64,000 nt of DNA from an uncultured Alphaproteobacteria bacterium. GTDB lineage: Bacteria > Pseudomonadota > Alphaproteobacteria > ATCC43930 > CGMCC-115725. The stretch is taken from positions 178,120 to 242,119 of the forward strand of contig CAWEEA010000007.1 in the NCBI GenBank assembly GCA_963807985.1, written 5' to 3'. Shown piece by piece: positions 1-9,631 of the stretch. The position numbers and the translations under genes are program-made. Below the pieces are notes generated by a model that did no database searches, was not told the DNA's origin, and was given only the letters and a program-made list of their open reading frames with translations. Within the stretch, counting starts at the first letter, position 1. Every line of letters starts with the position of its first letter.

Positions 1-395
1 TTTTTGGGGAGGTTCACTGGGCCAGACGTTGGTTTCGCAACCCTCGCCGGCGCCTCTCCTGTACTGTCAGGGACCTTCGCAATAAGAGTTGTTATGTCGT
101 GACTGTCGAATTCAATGTGAACGCGGTAGGTGCCGTTCGAATCTTTACCACGATATTCCCAAACGACAGGGCCCGGTTCATCCGCGTCATCGGCAAAAGT
201 TGTCCGCCACGGCTGGCCGAGCAACGCCTCGATCTGCGTTTTGGTGGTTTGGCCTGGGGTAACTTTAGCGAGAGTTGCCGCGCTGAAGTCCCGAGCCTGC
301 CCGGGGTCAGCCGTGGCATTCGCACAATAACCGGACGACGCTGCGATCCAGCACAGCATGAACGCTACTGCCGGCAAGGCCCACTTGGCGGTCAT
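1..395 (-). CDS. partial CDS (3' end beyond left edge): exported/lipoprotein-like protein with a SmpA/OmlA (BamE)-like segment
   Basis: Absent from the ORF track because there is no stop inside the window. Hand translation of the minus strand from ATG (complement of 393-395) reads MTAKWALPAVAFMLCWIAASSGYCANATADPGQARDFSAATLAKVTPGQTTKTQIEALLGQPW... and stays open to position 1. GGAGG Shine-Dalgarno at complement 402-406. Hydrophobic signal-like N-terminus. Confidence 0.55.
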   Translation of the reverse strand, partial: MTAKWALPAVAFMLCWIAASSGYCANATADPGQARDFSAATLAKVTPGQTTKTQIEALLGQPWRTTFADDADEPGPVVWEYRGKDSNGTYRVHIEFDSHDITTLIAKVPDSTGEAPARVAKPTSGPVNLPK

Positions 396-552
396 GGCTT
401 TCCTCCCTGCGGGTTCGTTTTTCGCTGCCCTGAGTTGGTCCTCGGCAATCCATGACGGCACGATGGATGTCCTGCCTGATACGCAGCAACCGGCGGAACC
501 CAGCCAAGCTTCCGAAAGGAGCTTGGCACGGGTTCCGTCAACGAGTGGGAAC

Positions 553-2337
553 CTATTCTTCTTTTAGCGGCGGTGGCATTGGTACCGGTTGCATTGGCGG
601 CGACGTTATCGGGGGTGCCGTTGCCACTTTCAAGGCGTCGCCCGTTAGTTGCAACACGGTCAGGCCGGAACCGGCACGGTCCAGATTATAAATATAGCCT
701 CGATCATCGACCTCCCCTAGGTCGGAGAAGATCGCATTCCGACAATAACTCGCATTACCCTGGTACGTCCCACAAGTTGAGATGGTGTTTTTATTCTTCG
801 CCTGAATGAAATAGCCAACGCGTCTCGGGTTGTAGGGGTCACGGATGTCCCAAATCTGCAGGCCGGCGTTGAACATCGCGACGACGACGACCTTGCCATA
901 ATAGGGGGCATAGATCTCCCGATTGAGCTCGTGCGAACCAAAACGCGCTCCCTTGGCGCAGAAATCTCCCGGGAACTGACCGACCGTCATCGAGGAAATC
1001 GGCCAGATCGCCAGGTCGTTGGTTATGTCGAGCAGCTGCGGATTTTTCCACGGCTGCCCAAGGCAGTCGTTGGTGGTGTCTTCGGAAGTGACCCCCAGCA
1101 GATCGTACTTTTGCGGTGTACCGTCGAGAAAATTCTCCTGCGATTGCGGTATCGGCACCCCGAAGATCGGGATACTGGTATGCCCGCCCTGGTTGGGATT
1201 CGTCGTGGTATAGCTGATTTGCGGATAGAGCAAATCGGCTTGGGACGGATGGTTCGGACAATCTGACGAGGTCGACACCGAGCAGCCGGTCAGCAATTTC
1301 TGCCGGTCAAGAATTTGAAACACCCCGGTGCTACTGACCCCATAGGGCATATATACCCGATTTATCTTCACCCCCGCCGAGTAGACTTGGTGAACCATTT
1401 CAGGATCGGCGGGCCCGTTGGGATTGGTGACGCCTTCGTAGCACGGACCGTTGACCCCAGTAGGATCGTTGTAACAGCTTTGCGCCGTGGCCGATGCACC
1501 AGGCTGCTGACCAACCAGCCCCCACTGGCGAATGAAGACCGGTTTTGCTGGATTGCTCAGATCAAAGATATAGACGTGCTGCCCCGAGTACCATCCATCG
1601 GACGCGCTGCCGGCGATAACATACGCAATCCCGGTGTCGCATTCCCACCAGATATGGTGCGTGAAGTTTAAGCCCGTCAGGATCTGCTCGAGTTCAACCG
1701 GCGCCGTTGGAATCGTGACATCCCAAACCTCCTGATCGATCGATCCGTTATGCCGGACGATGTACCAGTGGTTTGCCGGCAGCCCAGGCTTCGACGGCGC
1801 GTTATTCAAAGTGTTGCTGCCGCACACGGCGACATGCGACGAGCTGCCTTGCGACGCCGGGATGTGCCACAGGAAGACCGGGTTGTTGGGAAAGGTGACG
1901 TCGATCAGCGACGTCCCGTTTCCCTCCACTTGTTGGGTTAGCGGGTTGTAAGCGCTACCGCCACTGTCGGTCATGTACAGGATGTAACGGCCATTTTGGT
2001 TTTCGATCCAACCGTCGTCCGAGCTGGGGCGCCCCTGATTGTCGTTGAACCCGACGACTTTCATGTTCCAGATCGATTCCTGGTTCCATCCATTGGGTGG
2101 AGGAACCGGCAGCGGCGGGAGGCCAGCCGCCCCCTCTTCGCTTTCATTGAGCGTGATATTCGGGACGTTCGGGCCGTCGGGTAAATAGCCGAGCCCAGCT
2201 TGGCCTCCTGCCCAGGCTACGCCGCCCAATCCGAAAACGAGACCGGAAAAAGCAGCAAGAAACGATAGCCCAAAGCGACGGGCCATTCGACGCAGGTCAC
2301 GCATGTCAATCCCTCCTAGGTTGTCCTCCAACCGCAC
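553..2337 (-). CDS. exported beta-propeller protein with LVIVD-like repeats and a Pro-rich C-terminus
   Basis: 594-aa ORF with an N-terminal hydrophobic segment (FGLSFLAAFSGLVFGLGGVAWA). Recurring motifs LIDVTFPNNPVF, VYIFDLSNPAKPVF and LQIWDIRDPYNPRRV resemble LVIVD-repeat propellers. Family call is from memory, not searched. Confidence 0.6.
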   Translation of the reverse strand: MRLEDNLGGIDMRDLRRMARRFGLSFLAAFSGLVFGLGGVAWAGGQAGLGYLPDGPNVPNITLNESEEGAAGLPPLPVPPPNGWNQESIWNMKVVGFNDNQGRPSSDDGWIENQNGRYILYMTDSGGSAYNPLTQQVEGNGTSLIDVTFPNNPVFLWHIPASQGSSSHVAVCGSNTLNNAPSKPGLPANHWYIVRHNGSIDQEVWDVTIPTAPVELEQILTGLNFTHHIWWECDTGIAYVIAGSASDGWYSGQHVYIFDLSNPAKPVFIRQWGLVGQQPGASATAQSCYNDPTGVNGPCYEGVTNPNGPADPEMVHQVYSAGVKINRVYMPYGVSSTGVFQILDRQKLLTGCSVSTSSDCPNHPSQADLLYPQISYTTTNPNQGGHTSIPIFGVPIPQSQENFLDGTPQKYDLLGVTSEDTTNDCLGQPWKNPQLLDITNDLAIWPISSMTVGQFPGDFCAKGARFGSHELNREIYAPYYGKVVVVAMFNAGLQIWDIRDPYNPRRVGYFIQAKNKNTISTCGTYQGNASYCRNAIFSDLGEVDDRGYIYNLDRAGSGLTVLQLTGDALKVATAPPITSPPMQPVPMPPPLKEE

Positions 2338-2699
2338 GATTTTTGTCTCTTACTCGCCAGCGCCACGCTTGGTCCGCAACAAACGTCAGGCGGCGTCAGC
2401 TTGTTGTAAGATTTGTTCCTAGTCCTCCTGTGGCAATCTCGGGATGTTTAAACAATATCAAACCCAGACACCGATCCTTAGCCAAGCTAGAGCGAGTTTT
2501 CCTATCCCGTGTCCCAAGCTCAACCGTGTTGCTCGATGAAATCCTAGCGTTTCACCGATTTTTCGGGCTGTCAATGGATTAGCCGATCGCTAAGCGTCTT
2601 GTTAACGAATTGGTAAGCTGTACGGTCTTCGCCACGGACCGCTCGTCACGCTCAACCAGAGCGTTTAGCCCAGGGCCCAGCAGATCTCCAGGTCGACAC

Positions 2700-3049
2700 G
2701 CGCTGCGGGACGGCGTAAATCCACTGGTCGTCAGGCCCGAGCCGGCGCGGTCGAGGTTATAGATATAGCCGCGGCCATCGACCTCACCCAGATCGGTAAG
2801 GTCGCCTCGCGGCGATAATGGGCGTAGCCCTGATAGGTTTCACCGCTTTGGCGGGTATTTTGTTCGGCGCCTGAATGAAATAGGCGACGCATCTCGGGTT
2901 GTAGGGGCGCGGACGTCCCAAACCTGCAACCCGCGTCGAACATCGCGACGATCAGCAGCCTTCCGTAATAGGGCGGCGGGTAGATCTGGCGATTGATCTC
3001 ATGGACGCCGAACCGTGACCCTTGGCGCAGAAATCTCCCCGAATTGCAT
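2700..3049 (-). pseudogene. degraded C-terminal fragment of a paralog of the 553..2337 gene
   Basis: ORF 2731..3087 reads ...GSRFGVHEINRQIYPPPYYGRLLIVAMFDAG..., matching ...GARFGSHELNREIYAPYYGKVVVVAMFNAG... of the intact neighbour. Downstream similarity (GLQVWDVRAPYNPR, YIYNLDRAGSGL) continues only after frame changes. The N-terminal ~450 aa are absent. Confidence 0.6.
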
Positions 3050-3538
3050 TCAGGCGGATGGGGCAACGCCGTTGGCGGCGCGCTCAAGCGCCGCGATGTC
3101 GATGCGCTTCATTTGCATCATCGCGCCAAAGGCGCGTCTTGCCCGGGCGGGATCAGCATCGCCGATGAGCCTGATAAGCTGGCGCGGAACGATCTGCCAC
3201 GAAACGCCAAAGCGGTCTTTCACCCAGCCGCATTGTTCCGCTTCGGGCACTGCCGAGAGCGCGTCGGCGAGGCGGTCGGCCTCGGCCTGAGTCTCCACGG
3301 GTATCTGGAAGGAGATCGCCTCATTGAACCGGAACAGGGGTCCACCATTCAACCCGGTGAATGGCCGACCCATCAGGGTGAACTCGACCGTCAGCACGTC
3401 GCCTGCCTTGCCCGAAGGGTAGTCACTCGGGGCGCGATGGACGGCATCGACACGGCTGTCGGGAAACAGCGAGGCGTAGAAATCGGCTGCCTCTTCAGCT
3501 TTGCCGTCGAACCAGAGGCAGGGGGTAATGCTCCGCAT
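3050..3538 (-). CDS. VOC/glyoxalase-fold protein of the PhnB / 3-demethylubiquinone-9 3-methyltransferase-domain type
   Basis: 162-aa ORF. ITPCLWFDGKAEEAADFYASLFP...VEFTLMGRPFTGLNGGP...CGWVKDRFGVSWQIVP is the typical signature of this family. Confidence 0.7.
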   Translation of the reverse strand: MRSITPCLWFDGKAEEAADFYASLFPDSRVDAVHRAPSDYPSGKAGDVLTVEFTLMGRPFTGLNGGPLFRFNEAISFQIPVETQAEADRLADALSAVPEAEQCGWVKDRFGVSWQIVPRQLIRLIGDADPARARRAFGAMMQMKRIDIAALERAANGVAPSA

Positions 3539-3568
3539 GGGTTCTCTTCCTATTGGCAGTCGTGTCGA

Positions 3569-4168
3569 TTATGCGCGCGTCGCTTGCACATGGCCCTTCT
3601 CCGATAGGCTGCGGAAGGTGATCGACCAGCGCGTCGCCGCCATCCCGGCGATGCTGTGCTCCCATACATGCCGGGCCTCGCCGGTCAGATGATAGATCGA
3701 TCGCGGCTCCAACAGCACCGACGCGCGATCGAAACCACCCGGCCTGCGTCGCCGGAAACGCATCGTCGCTGGGCTGCCCAGCGAGATACCGAGGACATGC
3801 TCGAACACCGGCCGGTCGCGGTGCCAGCCGATTCCGGCCCCCGGGTCATAGCGGATCAACAGGGCCTGGACGAGTTCGTCCGGTTGCAGGCAGGCTAACC
3901 GCGCCGCCCTTTCGCGACGCGGCAACAGCCAGTCGGGGATCGCCTCGGACGGCGTGAAACTGGCATCTTCGAAGTCATAGCGCGAGCCGTAGGAGGCGGT
4001 CAGCCGCTTGCCCTGCCAGCCATGGAAACGGAACGGCGAAAGCTCCGCGGCGTCGATCGCCGCTATCAACCCGCGCTCCTCGGCCGGCGTGACGATGGCA
4101 GCGGCCTGGGACAATCCGGCAAGGCGTGGCCCACCAAACAGATCGGGCTGGGCAGCGGTCAGGGTCAT
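3569..4168 (-). CDS. alkB: Fe(II)/2-oxoglutarate-dependent dioxygenase, AlkB-like
   Basis: ORF 3569..4324. C-terminal half has LIRYDPGAGIGWHRDRP ... IYHLTGEARHVWEHSI ... RWSITFRSL (HxD...H jelly-roll arrangement). Start is placed at the internal ATG (complement 4166-4168, MTLTAAQPDLFGG), giving ~200 aa. The upstream ORF extension is Arg/Trp-rich and looks non-coding. Confidence 0.7.
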   Translation of the reverse strand: MTLTAAQPDLFGGPRLAGLSQAAAIVTPAEERGLIAAIDAAELSPFRFHGWQGKRLTASYGSRYDFEDASFTPSEAIPDWLLPRRERAARLACLQPDELVQALLIRYDPGAGIGWHRDRPVFEHVLGISLGSPATMRFRRRRPGGFDRASVLLEPRSIYHLTGEARHVWEHSIAGMAATRWSITFRSLSEKGHVQATRA

Positions 4169-4499
4169 TTCTTCCGGAGGCTGGTATCGCATCCACCCTA
4201 TGTGGGCAGCGATCGGAGACGATCCACCGAATAGAGGGGTTGCTTCGGGGCCGTTCCGCGGCCAATCGCGTGCTCCATGATGCAGCCACGCATATCGACG
4301 GCCGACCGCTGAGGGTGGGCGCATGCGTGCTCGACCCAGCGCGGTTGCGATCGAATCGGGTTGTCATGCGCGACGATCGGATGGAGTATCATGCCCATCG
4401 GTCCAGGCATCCGGGGAATGTCGATTCTGGTGTAACTCATTTGTCGCTTATTGGAAAACTGAGCTTATGAGCGTCTAAAATTGGCCAGTTGGAGAAATC

Positions 4500-4940
4500 A
4501 TGCCAAATAAAACGGTTGTGGCTTTCACGTTTACCGCGGCACTGTTGGCGGTCCTATCGGGATGGGCGCAGAATCCCGTGGACCAAGTCTACATAGGTTC
4601 GACGACGACCGCCAGCGTGCTCAATTATTCCGGGGTTACTCCGCTGAACGGCGTCGTGACGGTTACCTGCGTGGCAACCAAAGGGCGCCTCGGCGGTGCG
4701 ATCGGCGCGGTCACGAGATCCACTACGAAGGGCAACCAGGGCGGCGGCCTATGCCCGAGCGCCTTCGCCGTCACCGGCTCAGTGCAGCTCGGCGACGGAC
4801 CGCAGGTGCAATGTGAGGGAAAGAGCGTCGACCGACCGCCGAACGGCTGGAACAGCGGGAATACCCCGATCCATCACGCCTTCTACGATAGCGTCGACGT
4901 CAACAATAACCAGGTCTTCTGCGTCATGGGCGCGGACTGA
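4500..4940 (+). CDS. small exported hypothetical protein
   Basis: 146-aa ORF with GGAGAAATC before the ATG and a signal-like N-terminus (VVAFTFTAALLAVLSGWAQN). No family recognised. Confidence 0.55.
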   Translation: MPNKTVVAFTFTAALLAVLSGWAQNPVDQVYIGSTTTASVLNYSGVTPLNGVVTVTCVATKGRLGGAIGAVTRSTTKGNQGGGLCPSAFAVTGSVQLGDGPQVQCEGKSVDRPPNGWNSGNTPIHHAFYDSVDVNNNQVFCVMGAD

Positions 4941-5073
4941 GCCACCCGGCGGGCGGCCACAGTCGGAGAGCGGTTAGGGAGCGCGTCGATCACCCCCGCG
5001 AGCCCCCACCGGCCAGAGGAGCAGGGCATCGGCGCCGCTCGGGTTTCGCGGCCTGCAACGAGCATTCCCATCT

Positions 5074-8000
5074 CTATTCGGCTGCCGCGCTCTGCCGTTG
5101 CGTGACGAGTCGCAGAACGCCGACGAGATCGGCCTTACCCGAGCCGAGGACCGGCAATTTGTCGACCACCATCACCTCTGCCGGCGCCAGCAAATCCGGA
5201 GCTCCCTTGCTCTTGGCATAGGCTTGGAAGGCGGCGCGCGTCGCGCCCTTTTTTTCGGTGACCAGCACAAGGCGTTCGCCCCGGCGCGGATCGGGTTCGG
5301 TGACGACGGCCGACTGGGCATCGGGCCACAGTTCGGATGCGAGCGTCTCGACCGCCGCCAGTGAGATCATCTCGCCGCCGATCTTGGCGAAACGCTTGGC
5401 CCTGCCCTTGATCGTTACAAAGCCGTCGCGGTCGATCGTCACGATGTCGCCGGTATCGTGCCAGCCTTCTTGCGGCGGCACCAGAACGCCCGGCCGATCG
5501 GATTTGAGGTAGCCGAGCATGATGTTGGGACCGCGCACGTAAAGCCGTCCACCTTCCTCGACGCCGGGCACCGGTTCGAGTCGCGCTTCGATCCCGGGCA
5601 ACAACCGCCCGACCGTGCCGAAGCGGTTGAACATCGGTGTGTTGAGGGCGAGCGCAGGCGCGGTTTCGGTGACACCGTAGCCCTCGAGAATCCGCAGGCC
5701 GAATTTCTCGGACCACAGCCGGCGGGTCGCCTCCTTGACCGGCTCTGCGCCGGCGAGCACGTAGCGCACCGAGCGAAAATCGTAAGGATGGGCCGCGCGT
5801 GCATAGCCCGACAGAAAGGTGTCGGTGCCGAACAGGATCGTCGCGTTGGCGCCATAGACCAATTCGGGAACGACACGATAGTGAAGAGGCGAAGGGTAGA
5901 GAAAAACCGGCACTCCGGATACCAGCGGCAGAACCAGCCCGACGGTCAGCCCGAAGGCGTGGAACACCGGCAATGTGTTGAAGACCTTGTCTGTGCGGCC
6001 AAAGTCGATGCGCGCCGCGGCCTGGGCTGCATTGCACAGCATGTTGCGGTGCGAGAGCACGACACCCTTGGGTGTGCCCTCCGAGCCCGAGGTGAACAAG
6101 ATCGCGGCCGGCTCGTCCGGGTCGCGCGGCACCAGAGCGCGGCGATAGCGAATGAACCCGCGGATCTTGTCGACGGTGGAAACCGTCGCGCGCAGATCCT
6201 CGAGATAGATGATGCGGGCCTTTTCGGTGAGCGCTTCGACCAGCTTGTCGAGCCTCGCCTTCTCGACAAAGGCGCGCGACGTGACGATCGTTCCGACCTC
6301 GGCGGCGGTGCACGCGGCTTGGACGTTGGCGACGCCCGCGGTGAAATTGATCATGGCCGGCACGCGTCCCGCCGACATCATGCCGAGCAAGGTCGCCGCG
6401 GCACCGTTGGCATTCGGCAGCATCACGCCGACCGCCTCGCCCTCGCCTGCAAGCGTGGTGAACTTGCCGGCCAACACCCGGGCCGCAACCATAAGCTTGC
6501 GGTAGCTTAACTTGCCGGTGACCGGGTCCTCGACCGCGATGCGACTCCAGCCCTGGATCTTCCCCGCTTCGACGACCGCATCAACGACGGTGCGGTCGGT
6601 CGGCGTCGTGCGGAAGATCAGGTCGGACATGATCTGGTAGAGCATCGCACCCGCCGCCTGGCGGCGTGCCCTGCCCTTCAGCGCCTCGTCGACTGTGAGA
6701 CGCACCGGCTCGAGTACCGTGACCCTGACCTTGGGAAACCACCGGCGGCGAACCTGCGCGCGGCTGAGGCGCGAGAAGATCGTGGCCTCCAGACCCTCGA
6801 TGCGGACGGGCACAACCATTGCGCCGGATTTCTCGGCAATCAGCGCGGCCCCGTCATAGACCTTCATCAGTTGGCCGGTGACCGTGATGCGCCCTTCCGG
6901 GAAAATCACCAAGGTGTCGCCGTTCCTGACGGCTTGAATGAGCGTTCGCGTCCCCAATGGCCGGGCGGGGTCGAGCGGCATCGCGCGGGTCAGCTTTATC
7001 AGAGGCCTTGCCCACCACCGCTGGGCCATGCCGTGATCGACCGCGAAGATCGGTTCCTGGTTCAGGATCGAGAGGGCGACGGCGCCGTCGAGAAAGCTCA
7101 CGTGATTAAGCGCGATGATCGCGTTGGGGCCGGCTTTGTCGAGATTTTCACGGCCTTTGACCTCAAGCCGATAGAATGCACGCAGCAGGATCGACAGAAA
7201 GTCGTGGAAGGCATTGGTCGGCATGGTCTTGCCGATCCACAGGGCAGTGAGAAGACCGACGCCAGCAATGCCGAGGAACAGCGTCGGGATGCCGACCCCC
7301 GCTCTCTGCAACAGCGCCACGACAAGCGCACCTGCGACCATGAATGCGGCGTTGAGGACATTGACGGCGGCAACGGCGCGGGCGCGCCGCTCGGGTAGGG
7401 CCCAGGCTTGGATTGCCGCGAAGGACGGCACGATCATCAAACCGCCGGCAACCGCGAGGACGCCGAGAGCGATCACGGTATGCCAAGCAATCGGCCGTGC
7501 AAAGAAGGCCGATGGCGCCAAAGCGGTTGTCAGGTCGGTCGCCCGCAGGCGCAGCAATGCGAGGCCGAGGTCGAGCGCGCAGAGACCGATCAGCAGCGCA
7601 CCGATAGCGGTGGGCAACAGGATTATGCGCCCTGCCGAGAGCCAAGCAGCAAGGCCGGAACCGACGCCGATAGCGATTGCGAAAACCGCGAGGAAGATCG
7701 TCACGACGGGTTCGGCGCCGCCAAGCGTGTGCATAACGAGGGATGGCAGCAGCGACAGCAGCACTGCGCCGACCAGCCAAAAAACGCTGGTGACGACGGC
7801 ACAGCGCCACAGCCGGGTATCCGCCCACAATTCGCCGAGCAACCTTGCGGTCGAGCGGAGGAGATTGGGATCGATGGCCAGATCCGGCGCCGCACGCGCG
7901 GTTTTCGGGATGAACAGGCTGGCGCCCCAGCACAGGAGGGCAAAGAGCATCATCGTGACCGCGAGCACCATGGGATCGCCGCCGTCCTTCATCGCGACGC

Positions 8001-8490
8001 CGCCGGCAATCGTGCCGCCGAGGATCGCCAAGAAAGTGGCGCCCTCGATCAGCGCATTGCCGGCCGGCAGCTCTCCCCGCTGCAAATGATCGGGAAGGAT
8101 GCCGTATTTGATCGGCCCGAACAGAGCGCCGATCAGGCCGAACAGGAACAAGGCCAGGAACAGGAGCGGCAGCGAATGCAATTGGAAGCCGGTGATGGCG
8201 ATGGCCGCCGCGCCGATTTCGACGAGCTTCAGGATGCGGGCCACCAGCGCCTTGTCGAAGCGATCGGCTAGCTCACCGCCGACAGCCGACAGCAGAAAAA
8301 ACGGCGCGATGAAGACGCCGCCCGCCGCTGTCACCAGCGACTCGGCCGCCTGGCCGCCGATCTTAAACAGGATCAGCAAGGCGAGGGCATTCTTCAGAAA
8401 GTTGTCGTTGAAGGCAGAGAAGAACTGGCACCAGAACAAGGGTGCAAAGCGCCGGGATGCGAGAAGTGCTTGCGACATCTTTACCTCCAA
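5074..8490 (-). CDS. three-domain fusion: MFS (LplT-like lysophospholipid transporter) + PlsC-type acyltransferase + AMP-dependent acyl-ACP synthetase (Aas-like acyl-[ACP]--phospholipid O-acyltransferase)
   Basis: Uninterrupted 1138-aa ORF. N-terminal ~400 aa are polytopic and hydrophobic. Middle has NHVSFLDG (HxxxxD acyltransferase motif) and FPEGRIT. C-terminal part has ILFTSGSEGTPKGVVLSH and GWHDTGD...KGRAKRFAKIGGEMIS (AMP-binding motifs). The start could instead be ATG at complement 8476-8478 (MSQALL). Confidence 0.85.
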   Translation of the reverse strand: MEVKMSQALLASRRFAPLFWCQFFSAFNDNFLKNALALLILFKIGGQAAESLVTAAGGVFIAPFFLLSAVGGELADRFDKALVARILKLVEIGAAAIAITGFQLHSLPLLFLALFLFGLIGALFGPIKYGILPDHLQRGELPAGNALIEGATFLAILGGTIAGGVAMKDGGDPMVLAVTMMLFALLCWGASLFIPKTARAAPDLAIDPNLLRSTARLLGELWADTRLWRCAVVTSVFWLVGAVLLSLLPSLVMHTLGGAEPVVTIFLAVFAIAIGVGSGLAAWLSAGRIILLPTAIGALLIGLCALDLGLALLRLRATDLTTALAPSAFFARPIAWHTVIALGVLAVAGGLMIVPSFAAIQAWALPERRARAVAAVNVLNAAFMVAGALVVALLQRAGVGIPTLFLGIAGVGLLTALWIGKTMPTNAFHDFLSILLRAFYRLEVKGRENLDKAGPNAIIALNHVSFLDGAVALSILNQEPIFAVDHGMAQRWWARPLIKLTRAMPLDPARPLGTRTLIQAVRNGDTLVIFPEGRITVTGQLMKVYDGAALIAEKSGAMVVPVRIEGLEATIFSRLSRAQVRRRWFPKVRVTVLEPVRLTVDEALKGRARRQAAGAMLYQIMSDLIFRTTPTDRTVVDAVVEAGKIQGWSRIAVEDPVTGKLSYRKLMVAARVLAGKFTTLAGEGEAVGVMLPNANGAAATLLGMMSAGRVPAMINFTAGVANVQAACTAAEVGTIVTSRAFVEKARLDKLVEALTEKARIIYLEDLRATVSTVDKIRGFIRYRRALVPRDPDEPAAILFTSGSEGTPKGVVLSHRNMLCNAAQAAARIDFGRTDKVFNTLPVFHAFGLTVGLVLPLVSGVPVFLYPSPLHYRVVPELVYGANATILFGTDTFLSGYARAAHPYDFRSVRYVLAGAEPVKEATRRLWSEKFGLRILEGYGVTETAPALALNTPMFNRFGTVGRLLPGIEARLEPVPGVEEGGRLYVRGPNIMLGYLKSDRPGVLVPPQEGWHDTGDIVTIDRDGFVTIKGRAKRFAKIGGEMISLAAVETLASELWPDAQSAVVTEPDPRRGERLVLVTEKKGATRAAFQAYAKSKGAPDLLAPAEVMVVDKLPVLGSGKADLVGVLRLVTQRQSAAAE

Positions 8491-8517
8491 GGTTCGCGGC
8501 GGGCGGGAGCCTGCGGT

Positions 8518-8796
8518 TCAAGGCTGTCCCTTGGCGACATCCATCAGTAGGCGCTCGGTCTTGGCGTCCTCGATCCGGTTCGCCAGCTTACTCGCTTCCT
8601 CGTTATCGCGGATCGTCTTGGTCAGCGTGATGCAGGACTGGATCAGCATGACGATGCCCATGGCGAGATAGCCTTTCAGCGCGAGATCGATCGGCATCAG
8701 GATGATGCCGCCCACGACCATAGCGAGCGCGGCGACAAAAGAGGCATAGGTGAAGGCGATCCACGACTGACTGTGGTGAACGACTGGGTTGTTCAT
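8518..8796 (-). CDS. YiaA/YiaB-family two-helix inner-membrane protein
   Basis: 92-aa ORF with two hydrophobic helices (WIAFTYASFVAALAMVVGGIILM, GYLAMGIVMLIQSCITL) and a charged tail, typical of YiaAB-domain proteins. Confidence 0.7.
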   Translation of the reverse strand: MNNPVVHHSQSWIAFTYASFVAALAMVVGGIILMPIDLALKGYLAMGIVMLIQSCITLTKTIRDNEEASKLANRIEDAKTERLLMDVAKGQP

Positions 8797-8832
8797 CGTA
8801 ATGCTCCTGTGGTTAAGCGTGCGGAAACAAGA

Positions 8833-9532
8833 TCAGACGCCGGGCGCCGGCTCGCCGCCGGCAGCCCGTTGCCGCAACCGGGCGAGCACGTCGGCGGCGT
8901 TGGGTTTGAGGCGGGGACCGAAACCTTCCGCCGAGAGTTTCTCTGCGATGGCGATCGGGCCGGTCGCGGCATCGAGGGCGTCGAATGCCGCTTCGGCGGC
9001 ATCGGCCTCGACCTGATGTTCGCGCAGGCGGGAGAGCGTCGCCTCGGCTTCCGCGAGCGTGCCCGCAAAAATCGATCCGCCCTCGCCGCGCGACCCGCAC
9101 CGCCTCTCCCGCCCGTGCGATCCGCCGCCCACGCTCGAGCTGCGAGAGCCGCATCTGCTGCTGCAGGACATGGCTGCGCAGCTTTGCGATCTCGGCGGCA
9201 AAAAGGGCGCGAGCAGTCAGCGAAGCATCGCGTTCGGCCTCGAGGGTCGCAATAGCCTCTGCGGCCTCTGCCGCGAGGTCGTCGCGTTCGGCCGCGATGG
9301 CGGCAACGGCACGCGTCTCGAGATCCTCGATCCGGGCCCGAGTCGCGTCCAGCCGCTGCCCCTCCTGGCTCTCCTGGGCGATGGCGACCGCCAGCGCCTT
9401 TTTGGCTCTGTCGAGCGCCCCGGCGGCATCGCGCATCTGCTGGTCGAGGATCGCCAGGGCATTCTGATCCGCGACCTCCTCACCGATCGCCACGACGCGT
9501 CCGCGAACCAGCGTAACCAGGTTTTTGAGCAT
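8833..9532 (-). pseudogene. PspA/IM30-family membrane-stress protein with one frame break as assembled
   Basis: ORF 8813..9553 gives the coiled-coil N-terminal part (MLKNLVTLVRGRVVAIGEEVADQNALAILDQQMRDA...) from ATG at complement 9530-9532, with GGAGG at complement 9538-9542. The plausible C-terminus (GGSIFAGTLAEAEATLSRLREHQVEADAAEAAFDAL...) is in the frame of ORF 8833..9201. The switch is near 9070-9085. Confidence 0.7.
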
Positions 9533-9546
9533 CCTTGCCTCCGTGA

Positions 9547-9616
9547 TGAACATCGTTCAAAATCGAATGTAGCATCTCTGTGAACGACGTTCAAGAGAGA
9601 AATTGAACGAAGTTCA
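9547..9616. promoter_or_regulatory. three perfect TGAAC-N3-GTTCA palindromes; candidate TetR operators
   Basis: TGAACATCGTTCA at 9547-9559, TGAACGACGTTCA at 9581-9593 and TGAACGAAGTTCA at 9604-9616. All lie in the 99-bp gap between the divergent PspA-like gene (start 9532) and the TetR gene (start 9632). Confidence 0.5.
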
Positions 9617-9631
9617 AACCCGGAGGAATTT

